Assembly (NCBI GenBank): GCA_028715175.1
Contig: JAQUSJ010000001.1
Coordinates: 148,356-212,355, forward strand
Length of the DNA: 64,000 nucleotides
Source of the DNA: Candidatus Daviesbacteria bacterium
GTDB lineage: Bacteria; Patescibacteriota; Microgenomatia; Daviesbacterales; UBA10151
Reading direction: 5' to 3'
Part shown: piece by piece, positions 39,474-49,059 of the stretch
How positions within the stretch are numbered: the stretch's first letter is position 1
How the letters are laid out: each line of letters begins with the position of its first letter
The notes under the pieces: generated by a model
Databases searched by the model: none
The model's input: the letters and a program-made list of their open reading frames with translations, nothing else
Told to the model about the DNA's origin: nothing
Position numbers and translations under genes: made by a program

Positions 39474-39994
39474 AAATACTTTTGATTGGACCGCAAGGTT
39501 CCGGTAAATCAACTCAAGCTGATTTACTGGCTAAAGATTTAAATCTTCCAAAAATATCTACAGGCGATATTTTTAGGGAACTTAGCTTACAGGATTCAGA
39601 AGAAGGAAGGAAGATAAAAGGAATCTTAAATTCAGGTGAGTTGATAGACGATTTGGAAACAGCAAAAATTGTAGAACAAAGATTAAACAAGGACGATTGC
39701 AGAAAGGGATTTATTTTAGACGGATATCCAAGAAACAGAAAGCAGCAGCAAATTTTTGATCCAAAAGTTGATAAAGTATTTGACCTGGAAGTTCCTGATC
39801 ATGAAGTTGTTAAAAGGCTTTTGGCAAGAGGCAGAGAAGACGATACTATGGAGACAATCAAGAAACGTTTGAGCTTATATCATGAACAGACTATGCCTTT
39901 GTTGGATTACTACAAAAATCAAGGGATTCTAATAGAAATTGATGGTATGGGGGATATTGAAGATATCTACCGCAGGATAAAGGATAGGTTATAA
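39470..39994 (+). CDS. adk: Adenylate kinase (short type)
   Basis: P-loop [17 protein letters not shown]. Confidence 0.9.
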   Translation: MKILLIGPQGSGKSTQADLLAKDLNLPKISTGDIFRELSLQDSEEGRKIKGILNSGELIDDLETAKIVEQRLNKDDCRKGFILDGYPRNRKQQQIFDPKVDKVFDLEVPDHEVVKRLLARGREDDTMETIKKRLSLYHEQTMPLLDYYKNQGILIEIDGMGDIEDIYRRIKDRL

Positions 39995-39995
39995 A

Positions 39996-40766
39996 ATGAG
40001 GGCAAGGAATTCCTATGAACAGAAACTGATGAGACAATCTGGTTTGATTGCCTCAAAAGCACTGAAAGCTGCCTTGGGAAAAGTTAAACTGGGTGCGACA
40101 GGGTTTGAAGTTGATAAAATTGTAGAAAAAGAGATTTATGCGCAGGGCGGGGATTTATCATATAAGACTGTACCTGGGTACAAATATGCTACTTGTATTA
40201 CGGTAAATGAGGGAGTAGTCCATGGTATACCTACGGACAGAAAATTTGTTGACGGGGATCTGGTCAGTATAGATTTGGCAGTAATGTATAAAGGTTGGCA
40301 TACTGATTGCGCTTGGAGTGTTTTGGTAAGCGGACAGGAAACAGAGAACAAGGAACAGTTGGAAAAGACAAAATTCTTGAAAATCGGGGAAGCAGCTCTT
40401 TGGGACGGAATAGTACAGGCGGTTGATGGCAATAGAGTGGGAGATATATCTGCTGCTATTCAAGCCAGAATTGAGGGAGCAGGATACAGCGTTGTAAGAA
40501 GTTTGGTAGGGCATGGCGTGGGCAGGTCTTTGCATGAAGATCCGAAAATACCAGGGTTCGGAGCAAAAGGCAAGGGAGTAGGCTTAGAAAGCGGTATGAC
40601 TCTCGCAATTGAAGTAATTTTTACCTCCGGATCTCCGGAGCTGGTCTTAGGCAGTGACAGATGGACTTATTATACGGCAGATAGATCATGGGGCGGACTT
40701 TTTGAGATGACGGTGATTGTAGGAAAAGGAAAAGCGGAGGTTTTGACGGATTGGCGGAAAGTTTAA
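39996..40766 (+). CDS. map: Methionine aminopeptidase type I
   Basis: Metal ligands in conserved D...D...H...E...E context (HGIPTDRKF..., LVGHGVGRSLHEDP). Confidence 0.9.
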   Translation: MRARNSYEQKLMRQSGLIASKALKAALGKVKLGATGFEVDKIVEKEIYAQGGDLSYKTVPGYKYATCITVNEGVVHGIPTDRKFVDGDLVSIDLAVMYKGWHTDCAWSVLVSGQETENKEQLEKTKFLKIGEAALWDGIVQAVDGNRVGDISAAIQARIEGAGYSVVRSLVGHGVGRSLHEDPKIPGFGAKGKGVGLESGMTLAIEVIFTSGSPELVLGSDRWTYYTADRSWGGLFEMTVIVGKGKAEVLTDWRKV

Positions 40767-40858
40767 TGGTCAGCAGTTTTAGGTTGTAAAATGAAGCTAA
40801 ATCTGATAAAATAAGGACCTGCCTCCCGCCTTTGGCGGGACGTAGTTAGTTTTAAATT

Positions 40859-41101
40859 ATGTCAAAAGATGTGATCGAAGTGGAGGGTAAAGTTAAAGAG
40901 GTTTTGCCCAATACTTTATTTAGAGTTGAAATTGATAAAAGCGCTGATGTGTCAGAACTCTTAGGAAGAGTGATCTTGTGTCATATCTCAGGCAAGATGA
41001 GAATGCACTATATCAGACTTCTGGAAGGGGACAGGGTAAAAATTGAGATGAGTCCGAAATATGATTTGGATAAAGGAAGGATTACATTTAGATTGAAATG
41101 A
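40859..41101 (+). CDS. infA: Translation initiation factor IF-1
   Basis: S1-like OB fold [24 protein letters not shown]...; 80 aa. Confidence 0.85.
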   Translation: MSKDVIEVEGKVKEVLPNTLFRVEIDKSADVSELLGRVILCHISGKMRMHYIRLLEGDRVKIEMSPKYDLDKGRITFRLK

Positions 41102-41214
41102 AAGTATTAGCTAGTATTAAAACCAGGTGTAAATTTTGTAAAATAGTCAAGCGCGAGGGCATGTTATATGTTATCTGTCCCCGTGACCCAAGACACAAAC
41201 AAAGACAAGGATAA
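41098..41214 (+). CDS. rpmJ: 50S ribosomal protein L36 (38 aa); not in the supplied ORF track
   Basis: Translation [38 protein letters not shown]; its ATG overlaps the infA stop. Confidence 0.85.
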   Translation: MKVLASIKTRCKFCKIVKREGMLYVICPRDPRHKQRQG

Positions 41215-41216
41215 AT

Positions 41217-41642
41217 ATGGCTAGAATTGCAGGAGTAGATTTACCGGAGAATAAAAGAATTGATATCGGACTTACCTATATTTTTGGTATAGGGCGGTCT
41301 AATGTGGTTAAAGTGATTAAAGATGCAGGGATAGAGGAGAATAAAAGGATTAAAGATTTAACAGAAGAGGAGATCAATAAATTACAAAAAAGCGTTGAGC
41401 AATTTAAAATGGAAGGAGATCTTAGACAGGAGATTGAACAGAATATTAAAAGACTGGAAGAGATAGGAAGTTATAGAGGTTTAAGACACAGGAAAGGTTT
41501 GCCGGCAAGAGGGCAAAGAACAAGGAGTAATGCCAGAACTAAACGAGGTAAGAGAAAGACTGTAGGAACTGTCAGAAAAGAAGCAGTTGCCGCGACAGGC
41601 GGACCAGTCGCCGGTAAGGTTGAAGGAGGAAAAGGTGGCTAA
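41217..41642 (+). CDS. rpsM: 30S ribosomal protein S13
   Basis: [26 protein letters not shown]13 signature. Confidence 0.9.
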   Translation: MARIAGVDLPENKRIDIGLTYIFGIGRSNVVKVIKDAGIEENKRIKDLTEEEINKLQKSVEQFKMEGDLRQEIEQNIKRLEEIGSYRGLRHRKGLPARGQRTRSNARTKRGKRKTVGTVRKEAVAATGGPVAGKVEGGKGG

Positions 41643-42030
41643 AAAGAGAATACAGATTAAGAAACAAAAAGTAACGGAGAAAAAAGTTAGCAGCGGTAGA
41701 GTATATGTTACAGCGACTTTTAATAATACCATGATTACTTTAACTGATACTTCCGGCAATACGCTAGCTTGGGGAACTTCGGGTAGTGCCGGTTTTAAAG
41801 GCGCAAGAAGGGCAACTCCATATGCGGCAATTTCAGCTATGGAAAAGGTCGCCCAAAAAGCAAAGGAGTTTGGGATGAGCTCGGTTGAGGTATATATAAA
41901 AGGCCCGGGGTCTGGCAGGGATGCCACAATTAAGGCGCTGCGAGGTGCCGGGATTAATATCACTATGATTGCTGATGTGACGCCTATTCCGCATAATGGT
42001 CCAAGACCCAAAAAAAGGAGAAGAGTGTAA
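41635..42030 (+). CDS. rpsK: 30S ribosomal protein S11 (GTG start)
   Basis: GTG at 41635 preceded by ggagg; VAKKR...[12 protein letters not shown]11 signature. Confidence 0.85.
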   Translation: MAKKRIQIKKQKVTEKKVSSGRVYVTATFNNTMITLTDTSGNTLAWGTSGSAGFKGARRATPYAAISAMEKVAQKAKEFGMSSVEVYIKGPGSGRDATIKALRGAGINITMIADVTPIPHNGPRPKKRRRV

Positions 42031-42632
42031 TGGCAAGATATACTGGGCCTAAAAGGAGATTATCAAGACGGGAAGGTATTGCTTTGTTTGCAAAAGACGC
42101 TAAGCATCTTGAGAAAAAAGGCGCCATACCGCCGGGGCAACATGGAGTAGGTCGGAGAAGGCGGATATCGGAATACGGATTGCAGCTTAGAGAGAAACAA
42201 AAAGCTAAACGTATTTATGGAATTTTGGAGAGACAATTCAAGAAATATTTCAATGAAGCCAGTAAAGTTAAGGGCGCAACAGGTTTAGTTTTACTCCAAA
42301 CTTTAGAAACCAGATTAGATAATGTGGTATACAGATTAGGTTTTACCAAAAGCAGGGCCGGAGCCAGACAATTGGTTAGTCATGGCCATATTACGGTAGA
42401 TGGTAAAAAAGTGACAATTCCTTCCTTCCGGGTTCACAAAGAGCAGACTATTGCAATATCTGACAATTTGAGAGATAATACACAGATTAAAACTAGTTTA
42501 GAAGAGACGTCGACCTTGCCGGAATGGCTTGAACGAAAAGCCACCATTGGCAAGGTTTTAAGAATCCCTGATCGAGATGAAATGGAACAGGTGATTAATG
42601 AACAATTTATCGTCGAATACTATTCTAGATAA
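42030..42632 (+). CDS. rpsD: 30S ribosomal protein S4
   Basis: [17 protein letters not shown]4 N-terminus plus S4 RNA-binding domain. Confidence 0.9.
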   Translation: MARYTGPKRRLSRREGIALFAKDAKHLEKKGAIPPGQHGVGRRRRISEYGLQLREKQKAKRIYGILERQFKKYFNEASKVKGATGLVLLQTLETRLDNVVYRLGFTKSRAGARQLVSHGHITVDGKKVTIPSFRVHKEQTIAISDNLRDNTQIKTSLEETSTLPEWLERKATIGKVLRIPDRDEMEQVINEQFIVEYYSR

Positions 42633-42638
42633 CGTAAA

Positions 42639-43544
42639 ATGTTTAAAGTTAAAACAGAAAAAGAGTTGGAAAATTTTGCGAGTATAGCAATCGAACCGCT
42701 TGAAGCGGGTTTTGGTCATACATTAGGAAATAGTTTAAGACGGGTATTACTAACAGCTTTACCTGGCGCATCTGTAACTTCAGTTAAGATTGACGGTGTA
42801 TCCCACAGGTTTTCAACAATAGATGGAGTGCTGGAAGACGTAATTGAGATTATTTTAAATATCAAAAAAATTCGTTTAAACATACATTCCGATAAGCCGG
42901 TCAGGTTAGCGCTTAAAGCATCAGGCAAAAAAGAAGTTAAGGCTAAAGATTTGGAAATAGAAGGCGATGCAGAAATTATAAACCCGGATCAATATATTGC
43001 AACTTTAACTGATGCCAAATCCAAACTGAATATTGAAATGACGGCAGAGCAAGGTAAGGGTTACTTAACTTCGGAAGAGGGAAAAACTGACGAGCTCGGC
43101 GTTATTTCCGTTGACGCATTATTTAGTCCTGTCGTAACAGTTAATTACAGCGTTGAACCAACCAGGGTAGGCCGCAGGACAGATTTTGATAAGTTAATTA
43201 TAGATGTTACTACAGACGGAACCATTACTCCTCTTGATGCTCTTAACTCCGCTGCCAGGATTTTGGCTGATACATTTCATGCAATTTTTGAACCTAGTGT
43301 TGAGGAAGAGATAGAAGAGATTGGTCCCAAAATTTCGGAAGAAACTTTGAAATTGACCATTGAAGAGCTTGATTTACCGGTAAGGATTACTAATGCGCTG
43401 AAAGCGATAGAGATTAATACGATTGAAGATTTGATAAGTATCCCGCGCCCTCAACTGTTAAAGGCAAAGAATTTGGGAACCAAATCCATTCATTTAATAT
43501 CAGAGAAGCTAGTTGAGAGGGGGTTGTCTTTGTGTGAGGCATAG
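42639..43544 (+). CDS. rpoA: DNA-directed RNA polymerase subunit alpha
   Basis: NTD IEPLEAGFGHTLGNSLRRVLL; CTD HhH LEELDLPVRITNALKAIEINTIEDL. Confidence 0.9.
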   Translation: MFKVKTEKELENFASIAIEPLEAGFGHTLGNSLRRVLLTALPGASVTSVKIDGVSHRFSTIDGVLEDVIEIILNIKKIRLNIHSDKPVRLALKASGKKEVKAKDLEIEGDAEIINPDQYIATLTDAKSKLNIEMTAEQGKGYLTSEEGKTDELGVISVDALFSPVVTVNYSVEPTRVGRRTDFDKLIIDVTTDGTITPLDALNSAARILADTFHAIFEPSVEEEIEEIGPKISEETLKLTIEELDLPVRITNALKAIEINTIEDLISIPRPQLLKAKNLGTKSIHLISEKLVERGLSLCEA

Positions 43545-44034
43545 AGTTTATGGTAAACACCTCGGAAGAAACAAAGACGAGCGCAAGAACCTTTTCAAAG
43601 GGCTGGTGCGGTTACTTTTAATCCACGGGACTATTCAAACTTCTGAGACTAAAGCTAAAGCAATAAAGGGTTTGGTTGACAGAATAATTAATTTGGCCAA
43701 AGATAAGAGAGAGACCCGGCTTAAATCTTTTTTAGTTGATAAAAACCTGAGGGAGCGGTTAATTAAAGATATTATCCCGCGTTTAAGTGTTGCCAGAACA
43801 TCTGGTTATACTTCGATAGTGAGAATGGGAACAAGACTGGGTGATCAAACTACAATGGTTAAGATGAGTTTGATTGGGGTAGAGGAATTGAAGCCTTTAG
43901 AGAAAGAATCAAGCAGCAAGAATCAGGAATTAAGCAAAAAGCCTGAAAAACCGAAGAAAAAAACTATAACTACTCCAAGAAAATCTATTAAAGTAAAGAC
44001 TGTGAAAACTAAAAAAGGAGCAAAAAAAGCTTAA
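43534..44034 (+). CDS. rplQ: 50S ribosomal protein L17 (GTG start)
   Basis: VRHRVYGKHLGRNKDERKNLF matches the L17 N-terminus; the listed ORF begins at an upstream TTG inside rpoA. Confidence 0.8.
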   Translation: MRHRVYGKHLGRNKDERKNLFKGLVRLLLIHGTIQTSETKAKAIKGLVDRIINLAKDKRETRLKSFLVDKNLRERLIKDIIPRLSVARTSGYTSIVRMGTRLGDQTTMVKMSLIGVEELKPLEKESSSKNQELSKKPEKPKKKTITTPRKSIKVKTVKTKKGAKKA

Positions 44035-44062
44035 TCCATAATTCTAATAGCTTAATTCTAAT

Positions 44063-44455
44063 ATGGGTACTAATAAATTATCAGCAAAAGATATAAAAAG
44101 AGAGACACATACTATTGATGCATCCGGAAAAATTTTGGGCAGACTTGCGACAGAAGTGGCAACTATTCTGATGGGCAAAAATAAAAATAAATTTGTACCG
44201 TACTTAGATTTAGGAGACTTTATTGTAGTGACTAATGCAAGCAAAGTTAAGGTTACAGGGAAAAAGATGAAGGATAAGAAATATGTACGACATTCAGGAT
44301 ATCCGGGCGGACTAAAAGTTGAAACTTTTGATAAGTTGATAAACCGTAAGCCGGAATATATTATTGAACACGCAGTAAAAGGTATGCTTCCGCATAATAG
44401 GTTAGGCAGGCAAATGATCAAAAAAATGAAAGTTTTTGCAGGAGAAGTGAAATAA
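44063..44455 (+). CDS. rplM: 50S ribosomal protein L13
   Basis: [17 protein letters not shown]13 signature. Confidence 0.9.
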   Translation: MGTNKLSAKDIKRETHTIDASGKILGRLATEVATILMGKNKNKFVPYLDLGDFIVVTNASKVKVTGKKMKDKKYVRHSGYPGGLKVETFDKLINRKPEYIIEHAVKGMLPHNRLGRQMIKKMKVFAGEVK

Positions 44456-44457
44456 TT

Positions 44458-44847
44458 ATGGAAAATACCTCTACAATTGGACGACGCAAAGAAGCAAATG
44501 CCAGAGTAAGATTAAGTTCTGGAAATGGTCAAATTGTAGTTAACGGGAAACCTATTGCACAGTATTTTGCAGGTCCGATTTTACAAAAAATTTACATGAA
44601 ACCATTGGAAATTACTCAAACTTCCAAAAAATTTACAATTTCGGTAAAAGTTGTTGGCGGAGGACAGGTTTCACAGCTTAAAGCAGTTATTCACGGTATC
44701 GCCAGAGCCATTGCTAAGCAAACACCGGCTTTACGGACAATTCTTAAAAAGGAAGGCTTTCTCACCAGGGATGCAAGAGTAAAAGAACGAAGAAAATATG
44801 GTTTGGCTCAAAAAGCGCGGGCAAAGAAACAGTCACCAAAACGGTAA
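44458..44847 (+). CDS. rpsI: 30S ribosomal protein S9
   Basis: GRRKEANARVRL...KYGLAQKARAKKQSPKR S9 signature. Confidence 0.9.
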   Translation: MENTSTIGRRKEANARVRLSSGNGQIVVNGKPIAQYFAGPILQKIYMKPLEITQTSKKFTISVKVVGGGQVSQLKAVIHGIARAIAKQTPALRTILKKEGFLTRDARVKERRKYGLAQKARAKKQSPKR

Positions 44848-44873
44848 GTTTGGTAGAATACGTTAAGGATTAA

Positions 44874-46283
44874 ATGGACAAATCGATTCCTCCGGAAAAT
44901 ATTTTTAAAAGCTATGATATCAGGGGTATTTATCCTACAGAAATTAATGAACAATTTGCAGTCCCTATCACACGGGCAATTTATAAACTCTTGTTAAATC
45001 AGCTAGAAAGTAAAGGCCCTTTAACAGTTGCTGTTGGACGCGATATGCGACTTTCATCACCAACAATTTTTGAGGCAGTCTCAAAAACTTTGGTGAAACT
45101 GGGAGCAAAAGTTATCGATCTAGGTATAGTTTCTACCCCGACTTTTTATTTTGCAGTTTTTAAAAATAAATATGATGGGGGTTTACAGATTACAGCCTCT
45201 CATAACCCTAAAGAATATAACGGTATAAAAATTGTGAGAATTTCTCCAACCGGTTTGGTTAAAATCGGCAAAAATACCGGTATGGATGATATTAAGAATA
45301 TGAGCATAGACGGGGTGGATATTCCTAATGTAAGCGGGGGAATCCTTTTTAAAAAAGAAGGGGTTTTAGAAGAAGAAGTAGAGAATGCCTTAAGTATTGC
45401 AGGAAATCCACAAATTAATGAGTTTAAGATTGTAGCAGATGCGGCTAACGCTCTGGGGGCGCTTTATATCGAGGAGCTATTTAACCGTATTCCTGGAAAA
45501 TTAATAAGGATGAACTTTGAGTTGGATGGAACTTTCCCGGCACATCAAGCAGATCCTTTACAAAAAGAAACTTTGGTTGATTTACAGAAAAAAGTGGTGG
45601 AGACGGGCGCTGATTTGGGGCTTGCACCGGATGGCGATGGGGACAGGTTATTTTTTATTGATGAAAAAGGAAAAATCGTTCCGCCTTCAATAATTACTGC
45701 AATTGTTGCCAGGGAGCTTTTGAAAAAGCATAAAGGAGCAACTGTTTTGGCAGATATTAGATACATAATGACTCCTAAAAAAATTGTTGAAGAATTGGGT
45801 GGAACTTTTGTGATTACAAAAGTAGGCCATGCATTCATAACAGAAAAGTTACACGAAACAGGGGGAGTTTTTGCCGGCGAATCCTCGGCCCATTATTTTT
45901 TCAAAGAAACAGGTAACGCTGAATCGCAACTCCCAATGATTTTAACTATTTTGAAAGTAATGACTGAAGAAGGTAAAAAACTTTCTGAGATTGTTAATGG
46001 TTTAAAAAGGAGCCACGAATCAGGCGAGTTCAATTTCCGGGTTAAAAATGCAAAAGAAGTAATGACAGCAGTTAAAAAAGAATTCCCGGAAGGTGAAATT
46101 TCGGAGCTGGACGGAGTATCGATCTCTTTTGCTGATTGGAGGTTGTCGCTTAGAAGTTCAAATACCGAACCACTACTTCGGCTTAATATAGAAGTTGATA
46201 TTAATGGTAATGTTGAAGAGAAAAAAGAAAAAGTAATTAAGCTGATAAAAAAACATGGGATTTTTGAGGACTTGTCAAAGTAG
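44874..46283 (+). CDS. Phosphomannomutase/phosphoglucomutase (alpha-D-phosphohexomutase family)
   Basis: Active-site TASHNPKEYNGIKI, metal loop DGDGDRLFFIDEKG, IFKSYDIRG N-terminus. Confidence 0.8.
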   Translation: MDKSIPPENIFKSYDIRGIYPTEINEQFAVPITRAIYKLLLNQLESKGPLTVAVGRDMRLSSPTIFEAVSKTLVKLGAKVIDLGIVSTPTFYFAVFKNKYDGGLQITASHNPKEYNGIKIVRISPTGLVKIGKNTGMDDIKNMSIDGVDIPNVSGGILFKKEGVLEEEVENALSIAGNPQINEFKIVADAANALGALYIEELFNRIPGKLIRMNFELDGTFPAHQADPLQKETLVDLQKKVVETGADLGLAPDGDGDRLFFIDEKGKIVPPSIITAIVARELLKKHKGATVLADIRYIMTPKKIVEELGGTFVITKVGHAFITEKLHETGGVFAGESSAHYFFKETGNAESQLPMILTILKVMTEEGKKLSEIVNGLKRSHESGEFNFRVKNAKEVMTAVKKEFPEGEISELDGVSISFADWRLSLRSSNTEPLLRLNIEVDINGNVEEKKEKVIKLIKKHGIFEDLSK

Positions 46284-46308
46284 ATAGTTTATGGTTTACT
46301 AGTAAATA

Positions 46309-46448
46309 CATCAAGAGTCTACGTTCATGTAAGCTGAACGTGGCGGCAACCGGAAAGTAATCGGTGCCAATCCCGATGTAATATCGGGAGATGTGGTCTT
46401 AAGTTTTAGGACAAACTTTATCTAGACCTCTCTTGATGAGAGGTTTTT
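46309..46448 (+). promoter_or_regulatory. Candidate SAM-I-like riboswitch with terminator expression platform in the metK leader (atypical: no P2 arm)
   Basis: P1 CAUCAAGAG...AGAUG; GGCAACC at 46345-46351; GGUGCCAAU at 46363-46371; P4 hairpin cccgauguaauaucggg. Terminator ccucucuugaugagagg plus UUUUU ends 2 nt before the metK ATG and is complementary to the P1 5' strand. Confidence 0.4.
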
Positions 46449-46450
46449 AA

Positions 46451-47566
46451 ATGGTAAAAAATAATGGGGTAACAACTTTTACATCTGAGTCGGTTTGCGC
46501 CGGTCATCCGGATAAAATTTGCGACCAAATCTCCGATGCAATTTTGGATGCTGTTTTAACTCAGGATAGATTCGGTCATGTAGCTTGCGAAACACTAGTC
46601 GGATTTAACAGAGTAGTAATTTCCGGCGAAATTACAGCTAACGCTAAAGTAAATTATGAAAGTATTGCCAGAGAACAAATCAAGAGACTTGGTTATAAAG
46701 ATCCTAAATTGAATTTTTCCGATAAATCGCATATAGAAAACTATCTGCATGAACAATCGCAAGAAATTGCAATAGGGGTTGATGGTAAGGGCGCAGGCGA
46801 TCAAGGTATGATGTTCGGATTTGCTTGTAATGAAACTCCACAGCTAATGCCTCTTCCTATAACTCTTGCTCATGGTTTAACGAGACGAATGGATTATGTC
46901 AGAGAAGAAGGCTTAGTTGACTACCTTAGGCCGGATGGCAAAAGTCAGGTAACTGTGGAATATAGGAATGGCAGACCATTGAAAGTTTTGCAAGTAATTA
47001 TTGCCGTGCCACATAAAGAATCAGTTCTTTTAAGTCAAGTTAAAAAAGATATTTATAATGCAGTTGTCGTACCTGTCTTGGACCAGTTTGGCTTTAAATT
47101 AAATATCAAAGATTTGATTGTCAACGGAACAGGTGTCTGGCATAATGGTGGACCAGCTGCTGATTGTGGAGTAACCGGAAGGAAAATAGTTGTTGATGGA
47201 TACGGAGGTTATGCCAGAGTTGGAGGTGGAGCTTTTTCCGGAAAGGACCCGACAAAAGTTGATAGGTCAGGAGCATATGCTGCCAGGTTTTTGGCCAAAA
47301 ATATAGTTGCCAATAAATTGGCTGATAAAGCGGAGGTAAGACTAGCATATTTTATTGGAGCAAAAAAACCTTCTATGCAGGATGTAGAAACTTTTGGTAC
47401 TAACAAAAAGTCTCACAAGGTAATACTTTCTTTTATGAATAGTATTTTAGATACATCAGTTTCCGGAATCTTGAAAGCTCTGGATTTACAAAGACCAATT
47501 TATCTGCCAACAGCAGCTTATGGTCACTTCGGCAGGGAAGAGTTCCCCTGGGAAAAAGTTGTTTAG
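46451..47566 (+). CDS. metK: S-adenosylmethionine synthetase
   Basis: TSESVCAGHPDKICDQISDAILDA, GAGDQGMMFGFA, GGAFSGKDPTKVDRSGAYAARF. Confidence 0.9.
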   Translation: MVKNNGVTTFTSESVCAGHPDKICDQISDAILDAVLTQDRFGHVACETLVGFNRVVISGEITANAKVNYESIAREQIKRLGYKDPKLNFSDKSHIENYLHEQSQEIAIGVDGKGAGDQGMMFGFACNETPQLMPLPITLAHGLTRRMDYVREEGLVDYLRPDGKSQVTVEYRNGRPLKVLQVIIAVPHKESVLLSQVKKDIYNAVVVPVLDQFGFKLNIKDLIVNGTGVWHNGGPAADCGVTGRKIVVDGYGGYARVGGGAFSGKDPTKVDRSGAYAARFLAKNIVANKLADKAEVRLAYFIGAKKPSMQDVETFGTNKKSHKVILSFMNSILDTSVSGILKALDLQRPIYLPTAAYGHFGREEFPWEKVV

Positions 47567-47829
47567 TTTACTGTAAATTGCGAGAAGTTTTTCAATTTGC
47601 CCTCAGTTATAATAACTTTTTTTACTTCGGCCAGCGAAGGACCAATGTGACACCATTTGACAAATTCATCTAAGTTTTCCTTTTCCCCTTCTACCTCAAT
47701 TAAAACCGATCCATCAGGTTGATTTCTGGCAAACCCACTTAAACCCAACTGATCAACTTTTTCTTTGGCAGTGGCTCTAAAAAATATTCCCTGGACTAAA
47801 CCAAAAACTGAAATGTTGTAATGCTTCAT
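47563..47829 (-). CDS. acyP: Acylphosphatase
   Basis: VFGLVQGIFFRA...GFARNQPDGSVLIEVEG acylphosphatase signatures; 88 aa. Confidence 0.8.
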   Translation of the reverse strand: MKHYNISVFGLVQGIFFRATAKEKVDQLGLSGFARNQPDGSVLIEVEGEKENLDEFVKWCHIGPSLAEVKKVIITEGKLKNFSQFTVN

Positions 47830-47838
47830 GCTGTAAAG

Positions 47839-48027
47839 TTAGCCTTTTTTAGGCATGACAATTGCAGCGAGGATATATACAATAAGCCCGGGGACAAATC
47901 CGGTAAAGACAAAAACCAAAATGAAAATTAACCTTAAAAGTACTGGATCAATATTTAGATATTCTCCCAGTCCTCCGAATACTCCCAGCCAGACTTTATT
48001 TTTACTAGATCTGTATAATTTTTTCAT
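47839..48027 (-). CDS. PspC-domain small membrane protein
   Basis: WLGVFGGLGEYLNIDPVLLRLIFIL PspC N-terminal domain plus a TM helix. Confidence 0.65.
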   Translation of the reverse strand: MKKLYRSSKNKVWLGVFGGLGEYLNIDPVLLRLIFILVFVFTGFVPGLIVYILAAIVMPKKG

Positions 48028-48052
48028 ATAACCTAAATTATACCATTTAAGG

Positions 48053-48838
48053 TTAGGAAAATTCTAAAATCATCGGTAAATGGTCGGAAACTTCTACTTC
48101 AGGCGCTTCAAAGCTTTTTACGTTTACATCGGGTGAAACAAAAATATAATCTGCAAATTTTTGAAAATCCGGCCTTTTAAAGAAAGGGCTTAAGCTGCTT
48201 CTGGTTTTTTCTATATTAAATTCTTTTATTAAATTTCTCATATTCTTTTCCAGCATCCTGATACTTTCGGTTTGAGGTAAAAGATTCAAATCTCCAGTTA
48301 AGATCTTTGCTCCTGATTTACTTTTTAAGAAATTATTAATTTTCATGGATTGTTCAAGTCTTTGTTTGGTGTCTAATTTAGAGCCAGGGAAAGAAGTACC
48401 ATGAATATTACAAATAATGTAAGATTTGTTATCGATAATTAAATTAATGCATTGTAAAGCAACAGGTAAATTAGAAAAATCTGTCTTTAAGATTTTTTCA
48501 GATCCATCTCCGCTAATTGGCAGTTCTTCAAAGGAGTGAACATTAATATCTTTGCGAATAAAGGTTGCCTCGCCTACAGTTAAGTCAAAATCCACAGGAT
48601 TTGGATTAGAGTCATAACCACTAAATTCCGGAGTATAGAATACTTGAAAATCAGGTAAGATTTGTTTTAATTCCTCCAGCAAATTAGCCCTAATGCTGTG
48701 AAATTGTTTTACAGAAGTTGTGGTGCTGTAAATTTCCTGAAAGCAAAATATATCGCTGTCCCGGGAATAGTTTTTAATAAAGGTGACTAGGGGTTGATAA
48801 ATTTTTCCGCCCCAGGTATTTAAAGAAATTAGTTTCAT
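48053..48838 (-). CDS. Endonuclease/exonuclease/phosphatase (EEP) family protein
   Basis: Start moved to MKLISLNTWGG (downstream of the tRNA). LNTWGG...FCFQE EEP N-terminal motifs; a C-terminal SDH motif. Confidence 0.65.
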   Translation of the reverse strand: MKLISLNTWGGKIYQPLVTFIKNYSRDSDIFCFQEIYSTTTSVKQFHSIRANLLEELKQILPDFQVFYTPEFSGYDSNPNPVDFDLTVGEATFIRKDINVHSFEELPISGDGSEKILKTDFSNLPVALQCINLIIDNKSYIICNIHGTSFPGSKLDTKQRLEQSMKINNFLKSKSGAKILTGDLNLLPQTESIRMLEKNMRNLIKEFNIEKTRSSLSPFFKRPDFQKFADYIFVSPDVNVKSFEAPEVEVSDHLPMILEFS

Positions 48839-48844
48839 AAGACT

Positions 48845-48915
48845 ATAGATATTGTCGGGGAGGGGAGAATCGAACTCCCGATGCCGCACCCCCAGCGCGG
48901 CGTGTTGCCACTATA
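48845..48915 (-). tRNA. tRNA-Pro (anticodon GGG), no encoded CCA
   Basis: Reverse complement folds as a cloverleaf. Acceptor CGGGGAG/CUCCCCG, anticodon stem CCGCG/UGCGG with loop CUGGGGG (U33, GGG, G37), T arm GGGAG-UUCGAUU-CUCCC, discriminator A. Confidence 0.75.
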
Positions 48916-49059
48916 CTACTCCCCGCCTTCGCCAAGGCTTCGGCGGGCAAGCCCGTTTTTTGCCTTAGACTTATGGTATTTTATCAGGTTAAAGGCCAAT
49001 ACTCTATATAATCATTTTGGGGGATTGATATTTGGGAAATATTTGGTAATCTTGAACAT

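Noticed and set aside
41481-42036. Minus-strand 176-aa and 67-aa ORFs over rpsM/rpsK
   Set aside because: Antisense to conserved ribosomal protein genes.
49000-49059. Possible SOS (Cheo/LexA) box upstream of recA (gaacatatggtac)
   Set aside because: It does not match GAAC-N4-GTTC or CTGT-N8-ACAG, and no lexA gene is seen in the window.
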